NCBI GenBank assembly: GCA_041659785.1
Contig: JBAZXO010000001.1
Span: 86,941-150,940 of the forward strand
Source: Minisyncoccota bacterium
GTDB taxonomy: Bacteria > Patescibacteriota > Minisyncoccia > Phycocordibacterales > UBA9973
DNA length: 64,000 bases
Direction: 5' to 3'
In this document: piece by piece, positions 1-9,179 of the stretch
Numbering within the stretch: the stretch's first letter is position 1
How the letters are laid out: every line of letters starts with the position of its first letter
Notes under the pieces: generated by a model
Told to the model about the DNA's origin: nothing
The model's input: only the letters and a program-made list of their open reading frames with translations
Database searches by the model: none
Translations under genes and position numbers: made by a program

Positions 1-480
1 AATATATTAGTTACTCAATTTTTTGGAAAAACAGAAGCAGGGAAGCGCCTATATGCAAACGGTACACATAGCGGAGTCGATTTTAGAGCTTCTGTGGGCA
101 CTCCAGTGAAAGCTATGGCAAAAGGTGTGGTGACGGGAACTGGAGATATCGATTTACAGTGTCCAGGTGCTTCATTTGGACGTTATGTATTCATTACATA
201 CGACAACGGTTTATCGAGTGTTTATGGACATCTTTCTTTGATTAAAGTAAGTGCCGGTGAAAAGGTTGAAAGAGGGCAAATGGTCGCTTATAGTGGCAAT
301 ACAGGTCATTCTACGGCTCCACATCTGCATGTTTCAGTATATGCCCCTAATGCCGCTGAGATAAAAAGCATACCTAGTAATACATGCCAGGGAAGGGTTT
401 TAACCCAACCCGTGTCACCAATAAATGCTTATCTCGATCCATTATATTTCTTGCCAGCTTCGTATGCAGTAAAAAGGTGA
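1..480 (+). CDS. M23/LytM family metallopeptidase; C-terminal part, 5' end cut by the window edge
   Basis: The reading frame is open from nucleotide 1 in the same frame as the ATG at 94. Motifs HSGVDF, a Gly-rich loop and GNTGHSTAPHLHVSVY are typical of the peptidase M23 catalytic domain. Confidence 0.7.
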   Translation, partial: NILVTQFFGKTEAGKRLYANGTHSGVDFRASVGTPVKAMAKGVVTGTGDIDLQCPGASFGRYVFITYDNGLSSVYGHLSLIKVSAGEKVERGQMVAYSGNTGHSTAPHLHVSVYAPNAAEIKSIPSNTCQGRVLTQPVSPINAYLDPLYFLPASYAVKR

Positions 481-657
481 TTATTCAAAATTACCATTCT
501 GTGGTATAATAAAATTATGAAAAATAATCAAAGTGGATTTATTCAAATAATAATTTTTATCATTGTTGCTTTGCTCATAATGAAATTTTTGGGGATAACT
601 GTTTCAGGAGTTTTAAATTGGTTTATGTCATTTTTTAGAGGTGTCTTGAGATAATAT

Positions 658-981
658 ATGAAAAATTTTAATACACAACGTGGTCTAAGCATACTAGGAG
701 TCATTCTCATGGGTGTGCTGATCATCTTGGTGCTCAGCTACTTTAAAGTAAGTATCAGATCTGTTGTAGAAAGCCCCACGGGCCAAGAAAATATCAACTA
801 CGTAGGAGGAGGTACAAAGAGCTTATGGACTACATATTTAGCAGAGCCAGCATCTTATTTATGGAATGATGTCTGGGTAAATATTTTTTGGAAAAGTTTT
901 ATTTCTAACATGGAGCGTATTAGAGATGGGAAGCCCACAGACTTCGATAATGCAGCTAATAACTTAAAAGTTCAGCAGTAG
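658..981 (+). CDS. hypothetical protein with N-terminal transmembrane helix
   Basis: 107-aa ORF with a hydrophobic N-terminus (LSILGVILMGVLIILVL). No recognisable motif. Confidence 0.35.
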   Translation: MKNFNTQRGLSILGVILMGVLIILVLSYFKVSIRSVVESPTGQENINYVGGGTKSLWTTYLAEPASYLWNDVWVNIFWKSFISNMERIRDGKPTDFDNAANNLKVQQ

Positions 982-992
982 TGACCTAAAGC

Positions 993-1074
993 AGATTGTG
1001 CGTACGTTAAAATGTCGCACAATCTACGCTATGTTTGCGGTACCTATATTATAGATATATAGTACCGCAAACAT
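993..1074. terminator. two consecutive long hairpins between convergent genes, probably a bidirectional terminator region
   Basis: 993-1002 agattgtgcg pairs with 1016-1025 cgcacaatct. 1031-1043 atgtttgcggtac pairs with 1062-1074 gtaccgcaaacat and extends inward through ctatat/atatag to about 19 bp. The region lies between the stop at 981 (+) and the stop at 1098 (-). Confidence 0.45.
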
Positions 1075-1097
1075 ATATTGTGCGACACGCCTATATA

Positions 1098-1490
1098 TTA
1101 ATTACATGAGCTAGAAAGCGTATATCCGGCCTGCTGTGCTTCTTCCCCTGTCGAAAAGTAGACTCTATTTTCTTGTTTGATAGTTTTACCGGCAGAGCAA
1201 CTAGTCGTGTAGTACTTACTACCCCGACTTGAAGCAAAGAAAGTTTTGCCAAAATTATTTGTTGATGGATTTTGAGTGTCTATAACGGCTGAAACTACGT
1301 TTGCCCCCTGATTAGCATTTTGGTCTGGATATTCGATTTTTAGACCCTCAGAGCTACTTTCCCTGGATAGTCTACCTAGCTCAAATGACCCCAAGCCCAC
1401 TAAAATTACAATTATAACTATTAAAATATCCTTCCCTTTTTCACTTTCGATAAATGACTTGATTTTTTCCATAAAATTATATATACTCAC
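1098..1490 (-). CDS. membrane-anchored hypothetical protein with C-terminal Ada-like (Ada_Zn_binding-type) domain
   Basis: An N-terminal TM helix is followed by a Ser/Asn-rich linker. The C-terminus FFASSRGSKYYTTSCSAGKTIKQENRVYFSTGEEAQQAGY matches the Ada N-terminal domain pattern F..R..G..C...SC....EN..F....EA..AG(F/Y) but has fewer Cys residues. Confidence 0.4.
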   Translation of the reverse strand: MSIYNFMEKIKSFIESEKGKDILIVIIVILVGLGSFELGRLSRESSSEGLKIEYPDQNANQGANVVSAVIDTQNPSTNNFGKTFFASSRGSKYYTTSCSAGKTIKQENRVYFSTGEEAQQAGYTLSSSCN

Positions 1491-1539
1491 TCTACATCGA
1501 TTTATAGATGAATTTTAACATTAATTAATATAAAACCAA

Positions 1540-1815
1540 ATGGCACATAGAAAAGCTGGCGGAACCGCGAAAAACTTAAGAGACTCTAATCCACAATACC
1601 TTGGTATAAAGCTTACTGACGGTCAAAAGGCCCAATCTGGCTCTATTATCGTTCGTCAGCGTGGTACAGCTATCATGGCTGGTACAAACGTATCTGTAGG
1701 TAAAGATCATACCCTATTCGCTCTCAAAGACGGCATAGTTAAATTTGGTTCTAAACGCAAAACTTCTTTTAACGGCAAAACTGTAGTTAAAAAAATAGTG
1801 AGTGTAGTAATTTAA
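1540..1815 (+). CDS. rpmA: 50S ribosomal protein L27
   Basis: [24 protein letters not shown]... is the typical L27 N-terminus. 91 aa. Confidence 0.9.
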   Translation: MAHRKAGGTAKNLRDSNPQYLGIKLTDGQKAQSGSIIVRQRGTAIMAGTNVSVGKDHTLFALKDGIVKFGSKRKTSFNGKTVVKKIVSVVI

Positions 1816-1835
1816 ACAATAAGCACTATTAAATT

Positions 1836-1862
1836 AAAAAATCCCCGCTCGGGGATTTTTTA
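1836..1862. terminator. rho-independent terminator hairpin (atccccgctcggggat followed by ttttt)
   Basis: A GC stem ccccg/cgggg is flanked by an A-run and a T-run. It lies between the 3' ends of rpmA (+) and the ORF at 1883 (-). Confidence 0.6.
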
Positions 1863-1882
1863 ATAGTGACATAATATTTCTA

Positions 1883-2206
1883 TTATTTTCCTAAACATTC
1901 TTTATATTTGGAGTAACTTTCACTTATAACCAAACAAACTTTTATTTTATTTATATCTGTATAATTTTGATTATTTTCTTTTTGATTAGAGTTATTTTCA
2001 ACGTGAAAGAATATAGTGTCAACTACAATTCCAATAAAAGTTAAACTAATAACAATAACCACAGCAGTCATTATCCAATTTGTTAATTTTAATTTTTTGT
2101 CAGTATAAGAATTTGAGTTTTTTACTGCTTCAGATATAACACGACTTTCTTCAGGACTTAGTATTGTTTGCTGATTATTTTTCATATCTTTATTGGTAGA
2201 TACCAA
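1883..2206 (-). CDS. hypothetical membrane protein
   Basis: ORF with one central TM helix (WIMTAVVIVISLTFIGIVV). Confidence 0.3.
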   Translation of the reverse strand: MVSTNKDMKNNQQTILSPEESRVISEAVKNSNSYTDKKLKLTNWIMTAVVIVISLTFIGIVVDTIFFHVENNSNQKENNQNYTDINKIKVCLVISESYSKYKECLGK

Positions 2207-2408
2207 TTATATCTAATCTCTCGCCCACTCTTCTAACCTGGAAATATTTATCAGTAAATAAAGTAAAATCTATTCCTGCAAAAGACACACCTCTGTTAAA
2301 ACGTACACCTGGACCAAACAAAACACCACTAACACTAATAGGTTGTCTTGGTTCAATAGAACCATCAGGATAAGTTATAAATATATCGTTAAAACTTAAT
2401 CTTTCCAT
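2190..2408 (-). CDS. hypothetical protein
   Basis: 72-aa ORF overlapping the next gene by 17 nt. No motif recognised. Confidence 0.25.
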   Translation of the reverse strand: MERLSFNDIFITYPDGSIEPRQPISVSGVLFGPGVRFNRGVSFAGIDFTLFTDKYFQVRRVGERLDIIGIYQ

Positions 2409-2413
2409 TATTT

Positions 2414-2761
2414 TTATGTTGATTTTATAATTTCAGCCACATGAACCATATTACCGTTTACGGGTTGATTACTAAAAGTTGCTCCGGATTTATATTTTAA
2501 TAATTCTTCAACCAAATGTTCATCTTTTGAGAAAATGCTTATCTTTGCTATTTCATTTACTTCTTCTGGTGAAAAATCTGTCAAAATATAATTTCTTATC
2601 ATGTTAAACACTTCATCCCTGTTTTGAATAGTTGCCCATGTAGCAGAAAATACGATCGTCCATTTATCGATTAAATCGTCCATCTTTAATAAGGCAAGCA
2701 AATCAACTTTCCCCTTTTCTTTTTCTATTTTCTCTAAAATTTTCTTTAGTTTCTCTACCAT
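2414..2761 (-). CDS. hypothetical protein, translationally coupled to the upstream HEPN-like gene
   Basis: 115-aa ORF. Its start overlaps the stop of 2755..3198. Confidence 0.35.
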   Translation of the reverse strand: MVEKLKKILEKIEKEKGKVDLLALLKMDDLIDKWTIVFSATWATIQNRDEVFNMIRNYILTDFSPEEVNEIAKISIFSKDEHLVEELLKYKSGATFSNQPVNGNMVHVAEIIKST

Positions 2762-3198
2762 CTTTTTTCTTCTTCTATTGCTTTTATAATACCATTTTTT
2801 AAAAAAGTATGCATGTTTTTTACTTTTTCTTCTGTAAATTGTTTTGCATAAATATCGTATCTCAGATCAGTCCATTTTCCTTGATATTCTTGTGTAAAAC
2901 CTGACCACTGACTTGAATATTTTCCAGTAAGAGTAAAAATATCTGATAACCCAGAAACAACTAGTAATTGATCAAAATTATGCGTTCTAAAATATGCTGC
3001 TACCTCTTGTTTTACACCATTTCCGAATTCTGGATATTTGGATAAATGTAACGTTTTACAAGAGGCTGCTTTTAAGACACACTCAAGAACGAAACCCATT
3101 ATATAAGCTGCCATTAACCACTCGCCTGCTTCTATGAGAAATTCTGCCGTAGTTAGTCTTTCAGATGCTAATTTTTTAAACTCATTTTGAGTAGCCAT
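2755..3198 (-). CDS. HEPN domain protein
   Basis: The N-terminal helix ERLTTAEFLIEAGEWLMAAYIMGFVLECVLKA resembles the HEPN first helix (E..A..LLE.G.Y..A.F.A.QA.EKALKA). An RTHNF motif resembles the HEPN R-x-H-[DN]-L motif. Confidence 0.45.
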   Translation of the reverse strand: MATQNEFKKLASERLTTAEFLIEAGEWLMAAYIMGFVLECVLKAASCKTLHLSKYPEFGNGVKQEVAAYFRTHNFDQLLVVSGLSDIFTLTGKYSSQWSGFTQEYQGKWTDLRYDIYAKQFTEEKVKNMHTFLKNGIIKAIEEEKRW

Positions 3199-3215
3199 TG
3201 TAAAAATACGATCTT

Positions 3216-3659
3216 TTAAATTTTCTCTACGACTAGTTTAAAGAAAGATTTCTTTCCTTTTATCTCAATTGGGATCTCATACTCCCCTATTTCTTTTATT
3301 GGTTTTTCTAAGACGATGAACTCTACACTGATGTCAGCATGATGTTGGCTTTTCATTTCTTCTACGAGTTCTTTGCTGTGAATACCTGAAAATAAATGTC
3401 CTTTTTCATCTGCTTTTGCAGATATTTTTAGGACTTTTTCTTTTATTTCTTCTAAATTTTTCATCAAGAGGTCATCTTGTATTTGTCTTTCTACGACGAG
3501 CTCCTTTTTGTGTTTTTCTAATAACTCTACAGCTTTAGGTGTAGCGAGTTCGGCAAGTTTCCTCGGAACTAAAAAGTTCATCGCGTAGCCGTCGTTTACT
3601 TCTTTGATGTCATATCTTTTGCCTACCTTGGGTACATCTTGTAAAAAAATAACTTTCAT
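3216..3659 (-). CDS. rplI: 50S ribosomal protein L9
   Basis: MKVIFLQDVPKVGKRYDIKEVNDGYAMNFLVPRKLA matches the L9 N-domain consensus. Confidence 0.85.
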   Translation of the reverse strand: MKVIFLQDVPKVGKRYDIKEVNDGYAMNFLVPRKLAELATPKAVELLEKHKKELVVERQIQDDLLMKNLEEIKEKVLKISAKADEKGHLFSGIHSKELVEEMKSQHHADISVEFIVLEKPIKEIGEYEIPIEIKGKKSFFKLVVEKI

Positions 3660-3664
3660 ATGAA

Positions 3665-4891
3665 TTAGTATTTAGGTGCTAATAATAATTCTACTGCTTT
3701 ATCGAGCTGAGGATCTTTCTTTGCTTCGAAATCTTTTTGAGTATTTTCAACTACATAGTCTGGGGTCAAACCTTTTTCTGAAATAGAAGTTCCGTTTGGT
3801 GTGAGCCATTTTGCTACAGTAATTTTCAAGATAGTATCTCCTGTAATCTTTACGACTTCTTGTACAGAGCCTTTACCGAAGCTTTGTGAGCCTACTAGTT
3901 TTGCACGTCCGTTGTCTTGCATTGCACCAGCGAGAATTTCAGAAGCAGATGCAGAACCGCCATCTATCAAGATTACAAATTTTAATTTATTAGTAAAGAT
4001 GTCATAACCCTTACTTCTGAACACTTCAGCTGTTTTGTTGTTGCCGTAGTCTTCAGTTACTATCGTTTTGCCTTCTTTTAAGAACCAGCTAGATATGTCT
4101 ACGGCTGCGTCCAAATATCCTCCAGGGTTCCCTCGTAAGTCAAGCAAGAGCTTGTCTTTTCCTGAGTCTACGAACTCTTTCATTGCATTACGGAAAAGAT
4201 TTGCAGAGTTGGCAGAGAAGCTATAAAGTTTAATTACAAAAATTCCATCTTTTCTAACTTCAGTATCTAGTGTAGGTATATCGATCGTATCTCTTACTAT
4301 TGTGATATCTTTTGGCTGATGTAATCCTTCACGGAAAATAGTGAGAGTAACCGGTGTACCCTTTGGCCCACGGATCAACTTGATGGCTTCTTCGATACTC
4401 AGACCAGTCGTGATTTTTTTATCAATCTTAAGAATTTTGTCACCGGACTTTATATCTGCTCTATAGGCTGGAGTATTTTTAAGCGGAGCGATGACCGTGA
4501 GGACTTTATCTTTCATTCCAACTTCCATACCGATACCATCGAAATTCCCTGCTATTTCATCTTCGAAAGACTTTGCCTCGTCTGGGGCAAAAAATACGCT
4601 ATATGGGTCATTTAAAGAGCCTGCAAGGCCTGAAATTGCCCCATAAACTCTATTCTGATCAGTTATTTTATTAGCAGATGGGTACTTTTCATTTATCGTA
4701 TTCCAAACTTTCCAAAATGGAGCGAAGTCAGCACCAGTGGCGACCTGAGGTTCCTTTCCAGATATACCGGTGATCTTGTCTATCTCGGGGCGATTGTGGT
4801 CTCCGATATAAATACCAAAAAGAAAAAATACAGCTACAAAAAAAATAGTAGCAGTAATTGATGTACGTTTTGTTGTAAAAAATTCTTTCAT
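3665..4891 (-). CDS. ctpA: C-terminal processing (tail-specific) peptidase, S41 family with PDZ domain
   Basis: Motifs GIGMEVG and LRGNPGGYLDAAVDISSWFL are S41 signatures. There is an N-terminal TM anchor. Confidence 0.85.
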   Translation of the reverse strand: MKEFFTTKRTSITATIFFVAVFFLFGIYIGDHNRPEIDKITGISGKEPQVATGADFAPFWKVWNTINEKYPSANKITDQNRVYGAISGLAGSLNDPYSVFFAPDEAKSFEDEIAGNFDGIGMEVGMKDKVLTVIAPLKNTPAYRADIKSGDKILKIDKKITTGLSIEEAIKLIRGPKGTPVTLTIFREGLHQPKDITIVRDTIDIPTLDTEVRKDGIFVIKLYSFSANSANLFRNAMKEFVDSGKDKLLLDLRGNPGGYLDAAVDISSWFLKEGKTIVTEDYGNNKTAEVFRSKGYDIFTNKLKFVILIDGGSASASEILAGAMQDNGRAKLVGSQSFGKGSVQEVVKITGDTILKITVAKWLTPNGTSISEKGLTPDYVVENTQKDFEAKKDPQLDKAVELLLAPKY

Positions 4892-4908
4892 GCAGTATTT
4901 ATTTTAAG

Positions 4909-5151
4909 TTATATTTCTGTCTCGTTAAAATTACTGTTTTCTCTAAAATTATCAAAAGGTTCACTGGGAGCTTCTAGTTCTTTGTAGTCTTTGTACAAGA
5001 GATAACTAAAAAATATAAGAACGAGTCCAGAGACAGTGAACAAGATGTCTTTCCAAGAATAAGAAAATCCCAAGTAAGGCAAAATCGCCATACAAACACC
5101 TAAAATTAAAAGTATACGTGCTTTTCGCATAAATACATTATATTTCATCAA
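4909..5151 (-). CDS. small membrane protein
   Basis: 80-aa ORF with two hydrophobic helices. Confidence 0.3.
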   Translation of the reverse strand: MMKYNVFMRKARILLILGVCMAILPYLGFSYSWKDILFTVSGLVLIFFSYLLYKDYKELEAPSEPFDNFRENSNFNETEI

Positions 5152-5182
5152 TACCTGAAATGCAAATACTAAATTATTTCGA

Positions 5183-6895
5183 TTATTTGAAGTATTCTGG
5201 AGTATTTATAGACATCCAATCGAAGAGTCCACGTGCTATAGATGAAGCTCCGACACTGTTTGTATTTGGTCCAGCTTCCATCATTATTGCAAATGCGTAT
5301 TTAGGATTTTCGTATGGGAAAAAGCCAATGACCCAAGAGTTCACTTTGTTTTTTGCGACACCGAGCTGAGCAGTACCAGTCTTCGCCGCGACTTGTACAT
5401 AAGGTACATTTAATGATGCTGCAGTTCCCGTAGTGACAGCGAGCCTCATACCTTGATGCACAATATCAAAATAATCTTTTTTCAAATCTAAAACAGTAAA
5501 TTGATTTTCTTTTGCAGTATCACCCAATACTAAATGCGGAGTTAATAATTTTCCATTGTTTGCGATAGATCCGACAGCGCGAATCATTTCCATCGGAGTC
5601 ACCTGAAAGCCGTATTGTCCGATGGCAGTATGGTAAGTGTCTCCAATACGCCAAGGATCACCCTTGAAGTTTTTCATTTTCCATTCTGGGCTAGGTATTG
5701 TTCCAAGTTTTTCATCTGGCAAGTCGACTCCAGTTTTTTCTCCAAAGCCGAAAAGTTTTGCATACTTTTCGATATTTGCTATGCCGAGTCCTTTTTGTCC
5801 TTGGTAACCTCCCCCAACTTCATAAAAATATACATCTGAAGATACCGCTATCGCCTCCATCATATTCGTCCAGCCATTTACTCGCCAGTCTTTAAAAACA
5901 GTTTTTTGGTCTGGGAAATAGGGGTTTGGTATAGATATAGAACCCGTAGAAAGGATTTTCTTATATGGATCGATTACACCTTCTGTGAGGGCTCCCATCG
6001 AGAAGAATGGTTTGACGATTGAGCCAGGAGTATAGAGTCCAGAGATATCTCTATCTAAGAAAACTTTCCTTTTGTCGGTCAGATAGCTTTTTATTTGTGG
6101 TGCATCTTTTCCAAATGAAAGAACTTCCGAATTATATTCAGGGAAACTCGTAGAAGTCAAAAGTTCTCCATTATTTATGTCCATGATTATACCTGATCCA
6201 CCGGTGAATGTTTTATTTTCTGAAAGATTTTTAATTAAAGAAAATAATTCTTTTTGTATTCTCGAATCTATTGTTGTCACTAGGTCAGCACCTTGCTTCG
6301 GTGTATTTACAATATTTTCTGAATAGATTTTTCCTCGGGCGTCTGTCTCTATTATTTTCGCTCCATTTTCTCCTTTGAGAATATCGTTGTATTGTTTTTC
6401 CAAGCCATCTTTACCGATAAATTCCCCTTGCCAATAGTTTCCAGAGCTGTCTACTGTAGGATAGCTCACGTAGCCTAAAAGATGAGAAAATCCTGGTGAT
6501 ATATAGCTACGAGTAGGGATAGAGGTCAGCTCGCCGTCCATGCTTTCTTCGGTTTTCTTGTTCCAGGTTAATTCTACTTTATTGCGATCATAGATGATGC
6601 CTCGGTCTGTAAAAAGAACAGCTTTCTCTAAGACATTGTTCTGGCTCCTCTCAAAATAAGCATTACCTTTATGTATTTGTAGATATACAAGGCGAGTAGC
6701 AAAAATTCCCGTAAAAGCTAAAAATAAAATGCCGAGTAAAAAGATAGTTTTTTTAGGGATTGGTTTCTCTATTCGGCCTTCGAATTGTTGTCGGTCGAAG
6801 TTTTGTAAATTTTTTGAATCAAGAAAAATCTCATCGGGTTCGACGAAAGAATTTTTTTGTTTCAAATTATTTTTCTTTAATATTCTTCGTATCAT
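5183..6895 (-). CDS. mrdA: penicillin-binding protein 2 (class B transpeptidase)
   Basis: N-terminal TM helix, SxxK motif (SIVKPF), KTGTA motif and the PBP dimerisation region. Confidence 0.85.
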   Translation of the reverse strand: MIRRILKKNNLKQKNSFVEPDEIFLDSKNLQNFDRQQFEGRIEKPIPKKTIFLLGILFLAFTGIFATRLVYLQIHKGNAYFERSQNNVLEKAVLFTDRGIIYDRNKVELTWNKKTEESMDGELTSIPTRSYISPGFSHLLGYVSYPTVDSSGNYWQGEFIGKDGLEKQYNDILKGENGAKIIETDARGKIYSENIVNTPKQGADLVTTIDSRIQKELFSLIKNLSENKTFTGGSGIIMDINNGELLTSTSFPEYNSEVLSFGKDAPQIKSYLTDKRKVFLDRDISGLYTPGSIVKPFFSMGALTEGVIDPYKKILSTGSISIPNPYFPDQKTVFKDWRVNGWTNMMEAIAVSSDVYFYEVGGGYQGQKGLGIANIEKYAKLFGFGEKTGVDLPDEKLGTIPSPEWKMKNFKGDPWRIGDTYHTAIGQYGFQVTPMEMIRAVGSIANNGKLLTPHLVLGDTAKENQFTVLDLKKDYFDIVHQGMRLAVTTGTAASLNVPYVQVAAKTGTAQLGVAKNKVNSWVIGFFPYENPKYAFAIMMEAGPNTNSVGASSIARGLFDWMSINTPEYFK

Positions 6896-6910
6896 TTTAA
6901 TTTAGCAAAA

Positions 6911-7174
6911 TTACGAATAGTATTTTACTTTCTTTTTTGTTATTTCTATCACGATTAATAATATTATAGATAAAACAAAAGAAGAAAAAATTATCGTAAA
7001 GTTTTTCGTATCTTTTATCCCATAAAGTAGATCTGATAAAAGTAATAATAAAATTGCTTCCCAGAATATTGGGAAATATGCCATTGCTAAAATAGCTAAT
7101 ATTATAGATAGCCAAATAGGCATGAATAATATTGAGAATAATAGGACAAGAGATGCAAAAATTCGAAGTATCAT
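6911..7174 (-). CDS. small integral membrane protein
   Basis: 87-aa, very hydrophobic ORF immediately upstream of PBP2. The alternative frame 6897..7115 was not preferred. Confidence 0.3.
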   Translation of the reverse strand: MILRIFASLVLLFSILFMPIWLSIILAILAMAYFPIFWEAILLLLLSDLLYGIKDTKNFTIIFSSFVLSIILLIVIEITKKKVKYYS

Positions 7175-7216
7175 TCCTTCATATTACACGTTTTGACTCA
7201 AAATACAAAATATTTT

Positions 7217-8095
7217 TTAGTTAAAAATTAAACGTTTAAGTGCGCGTAGAATATAAAAAAGAATAACAAGAATAGATCCATAAAAGATAAATGGGTTGTT
7301 AACGACAAATGACAAGAAGGTGAAAAAGAAAAGCTCTATATATTTAAATGGTTTTAGAAAACTATTTGATTGAGTGTTTGTGTTGGGTGCACTTTTTGAT
7401 TTAGAAGTGTCAGTTTTTACGGCATCCAAAGCTTTTATCTGACTTTGAACTTCAGCTTTTTTATTATCCGAACTAGTCCCTACGTCGGTACGGAATTGTT
7501 CGACAGCATTTGTGGTAGAGACTATGGGGTCAGATATAAACTTCGGTGTATTCTCCCCTACTATCTTTTGAATAGTTTTTGTTGATTCAGTGCTGGCTGT
7601 ACTGATGGTGTCTAAGATAGAGTTAGCGTTTTTACTCGTATCAGTTGTATTTGTAGTGATTTTTTTTGTTACAGTACGCACACTTTTACTCGTTTCATTT
7701 TCTGCTAAGAATACTTCTTCATATTTACCAGCAGATATTAAAAATTTAGCATTTTCAATCTTGCCGAAGATATTGTGTGTTCCGACATTGGCTGTCCAGT
7801 CTACAGATATGTCCTTGATCCCTTTTGCAGGAGCGACGAAATCTTTCTTAGCTAAAAATACATCATTATCAAAAAATACTACTGTACCCGAGAGTTCTCT
7901 GTTGTCTGGATTGAAAACGAGAGCATATATTTTTATCTTGTCCCCTTCTTCGAAAGGATCTTTTGAATACCAAATATTTCCTGGTACAAAGCCGACATTA
8001 GAATTTTGTGCATGAATATTATTTACTGGCAAGAGAGAAAAAAATAATAACAATATTACTACAATATTTTTCTTTAAATTATTTTCCCATGTCAT
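7217..8095 (-). CDS. hypothetical exported protein with Thr/Ser-rich linker and C-terminal membrane anchor
   Basis: A signal peptide is followed by a beta-rich region, a T/S/N-rich low-complexity segment and a C-terminal TM helix. Confidence 0.4.
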   Translation of the reverse strand: MTWENNLKKNIVVILLLFFSLLPVNNIHAQNSNVGFVPGNIWYSKDPFEEGDKIKIYALVFNPDNRELSGTVVFFDNDVFLAKKDFVAPAKGIKDISVDWTANVGTHNIFGKIENAKFLISAGKYEEVFLAENETSKSVRTVTKKITTNTTDTSKNANSILDTISTASTESTKTIQKIVGENTPKFISDPIVSTTNAVEQFRTDVGTSSDNKKAEVQSQIKALDAVKTDTSKSKSAPNTNTQSNSFLKPFKYIELFFFTFLSFVVNNPFIFYGSILVILFYILRALKRLIFN

Positions 8096-9164
8096 ATTTC
8101 TCGAGGTAAGAAGTTAGCTGTCTACTTACTTTTATAAAAGTAGCTCTTTGAGGGAATTCTTTTAATTGCCTTGCTCCTATGTAGGTGGCTGTGCTTCGGA
8201 GTGAACCCAGCATGTCCTGAATGAAAACGTGTATGTCTCCTTTGTGTGGTATGAGGGTATATCTGCCTTCGCTTGCTCTGTGGGCATCCTTTTTGCCATA
8301 GAAATCTTGCATTGCTTTATTTGAAGAAGAGCCGAAATATTCTTTAAATTTTTGACCATTTTTAACTATAGTTTTACCTCCACTTTGTTCAAAGCCAGAA
8401 AACATTGATCCAAATAAATTAAAATCTGCGCCTCCACAGAAAGCCTTAGCAATGTCTGAAGGATATTGTTGTCCTCCATCGGCGATGATTCTGCCGACAC
8501 TCATACCATTTGCTATTCCGTGTGCAGAGTCCGCACATTCTATGACAGCAGAAAGCTGAGGGTATCCTACACCAGTCATTTTCCTCGTGGTACATGCTGA
8601 GCCTGGGCCGATACCAATCTTTACAATATCTGCTCCAGCTAAAATAATTTCTTCAGTAATTTCATTAGTTGCCACATTTCCTGCGATGATGATATGTTTC
8701 GGACACATCTTCCTGACATCTCTTATCGTTTCAAGGAAATTTTGCAAATATCCGTTTGGCACATCAAGGCAAATAAAAGAAAACTTTTCGAGTAAGCCTT
8801 TTTCTTTCATTAATTTTAATTGTTTGATATCTTGTTCGCGTATTCCTGAGGTGTATGCAATAAAGTCTGGGTCATCAAAAGTTTTAAAAAATTTCTCGTA
8901 ATCTTTAATAGAATAATATTTATGAAAAGTCGTAATCATTTTATACTTGGAAAGTATTTTAGCCATTTCAAAGGTTCCGCACGTGGCCATGTTCGCAGTC
9001 ATTATGGGAATGCCAGTCCACTTTTTAGGAGAGTGGTAAAAAGAAAAAGTCCTCTCGAGGATGACATCTTTCCTAGATTTTAGGGTGCTTCTTTTAGGCC
9101 GAAGCAATACGTCTTGATAATCTAATTTTACATCATCTATTATTCTCATATTTAAAGTATACAC
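8079..9164 (-). CDS. guaC: GMP reductase (IMPDH/GMPR family)
   Basis: Near-colinear similarity to E. coli GuaC: MRI.DD.KL.F.DVLLRPKRSTLKSR, CLDV.NGY and GIGPGS.CTTR. Confidence 0.8.
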   Translation of the reverse strand: MYTLNMRIIDDVKLDYQDVLLRPKRSTLKSRKDVILERTFSFYHSPKKWTGIPIMTANMATCGTFEMAKILSKYKMITTFHKYYSIKDYEKFFKTFDDPDFIAYTSGIREQDIKQLKLMKEKGLLEKFSFICLDVPNGYLQNFLETIRDVRKMCPKHIIIAGNVATNEITEEIILAGADIVKIGIGPGSACTTRKMTGVGYPQLSAVIECADSAHGIANGMSVGRIIADGGQQYPSDIAKAFCGGADFNLFGSMFSGFEQSGGKTIVKNGQKFKEYFGSSSNKAMQDFYGKKDAHRASEGRYTLIPHKGDIHVFIQDMLGSLRSTATYIGARQLKEFPQRATFIKVSRQLTSYLEKYDMGK

Positions 9165-9179
9165 TATTTTTGTTATACT

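Noticed and set aside
6897-7115. Alternative 72-aa frame overlapping the small membrane ORF
   Set aside because: Its sequence is low-complexity Phe/Asn-rich. The hydrophobic frame 6911..7174 was preferred, and both remain low-confidence.
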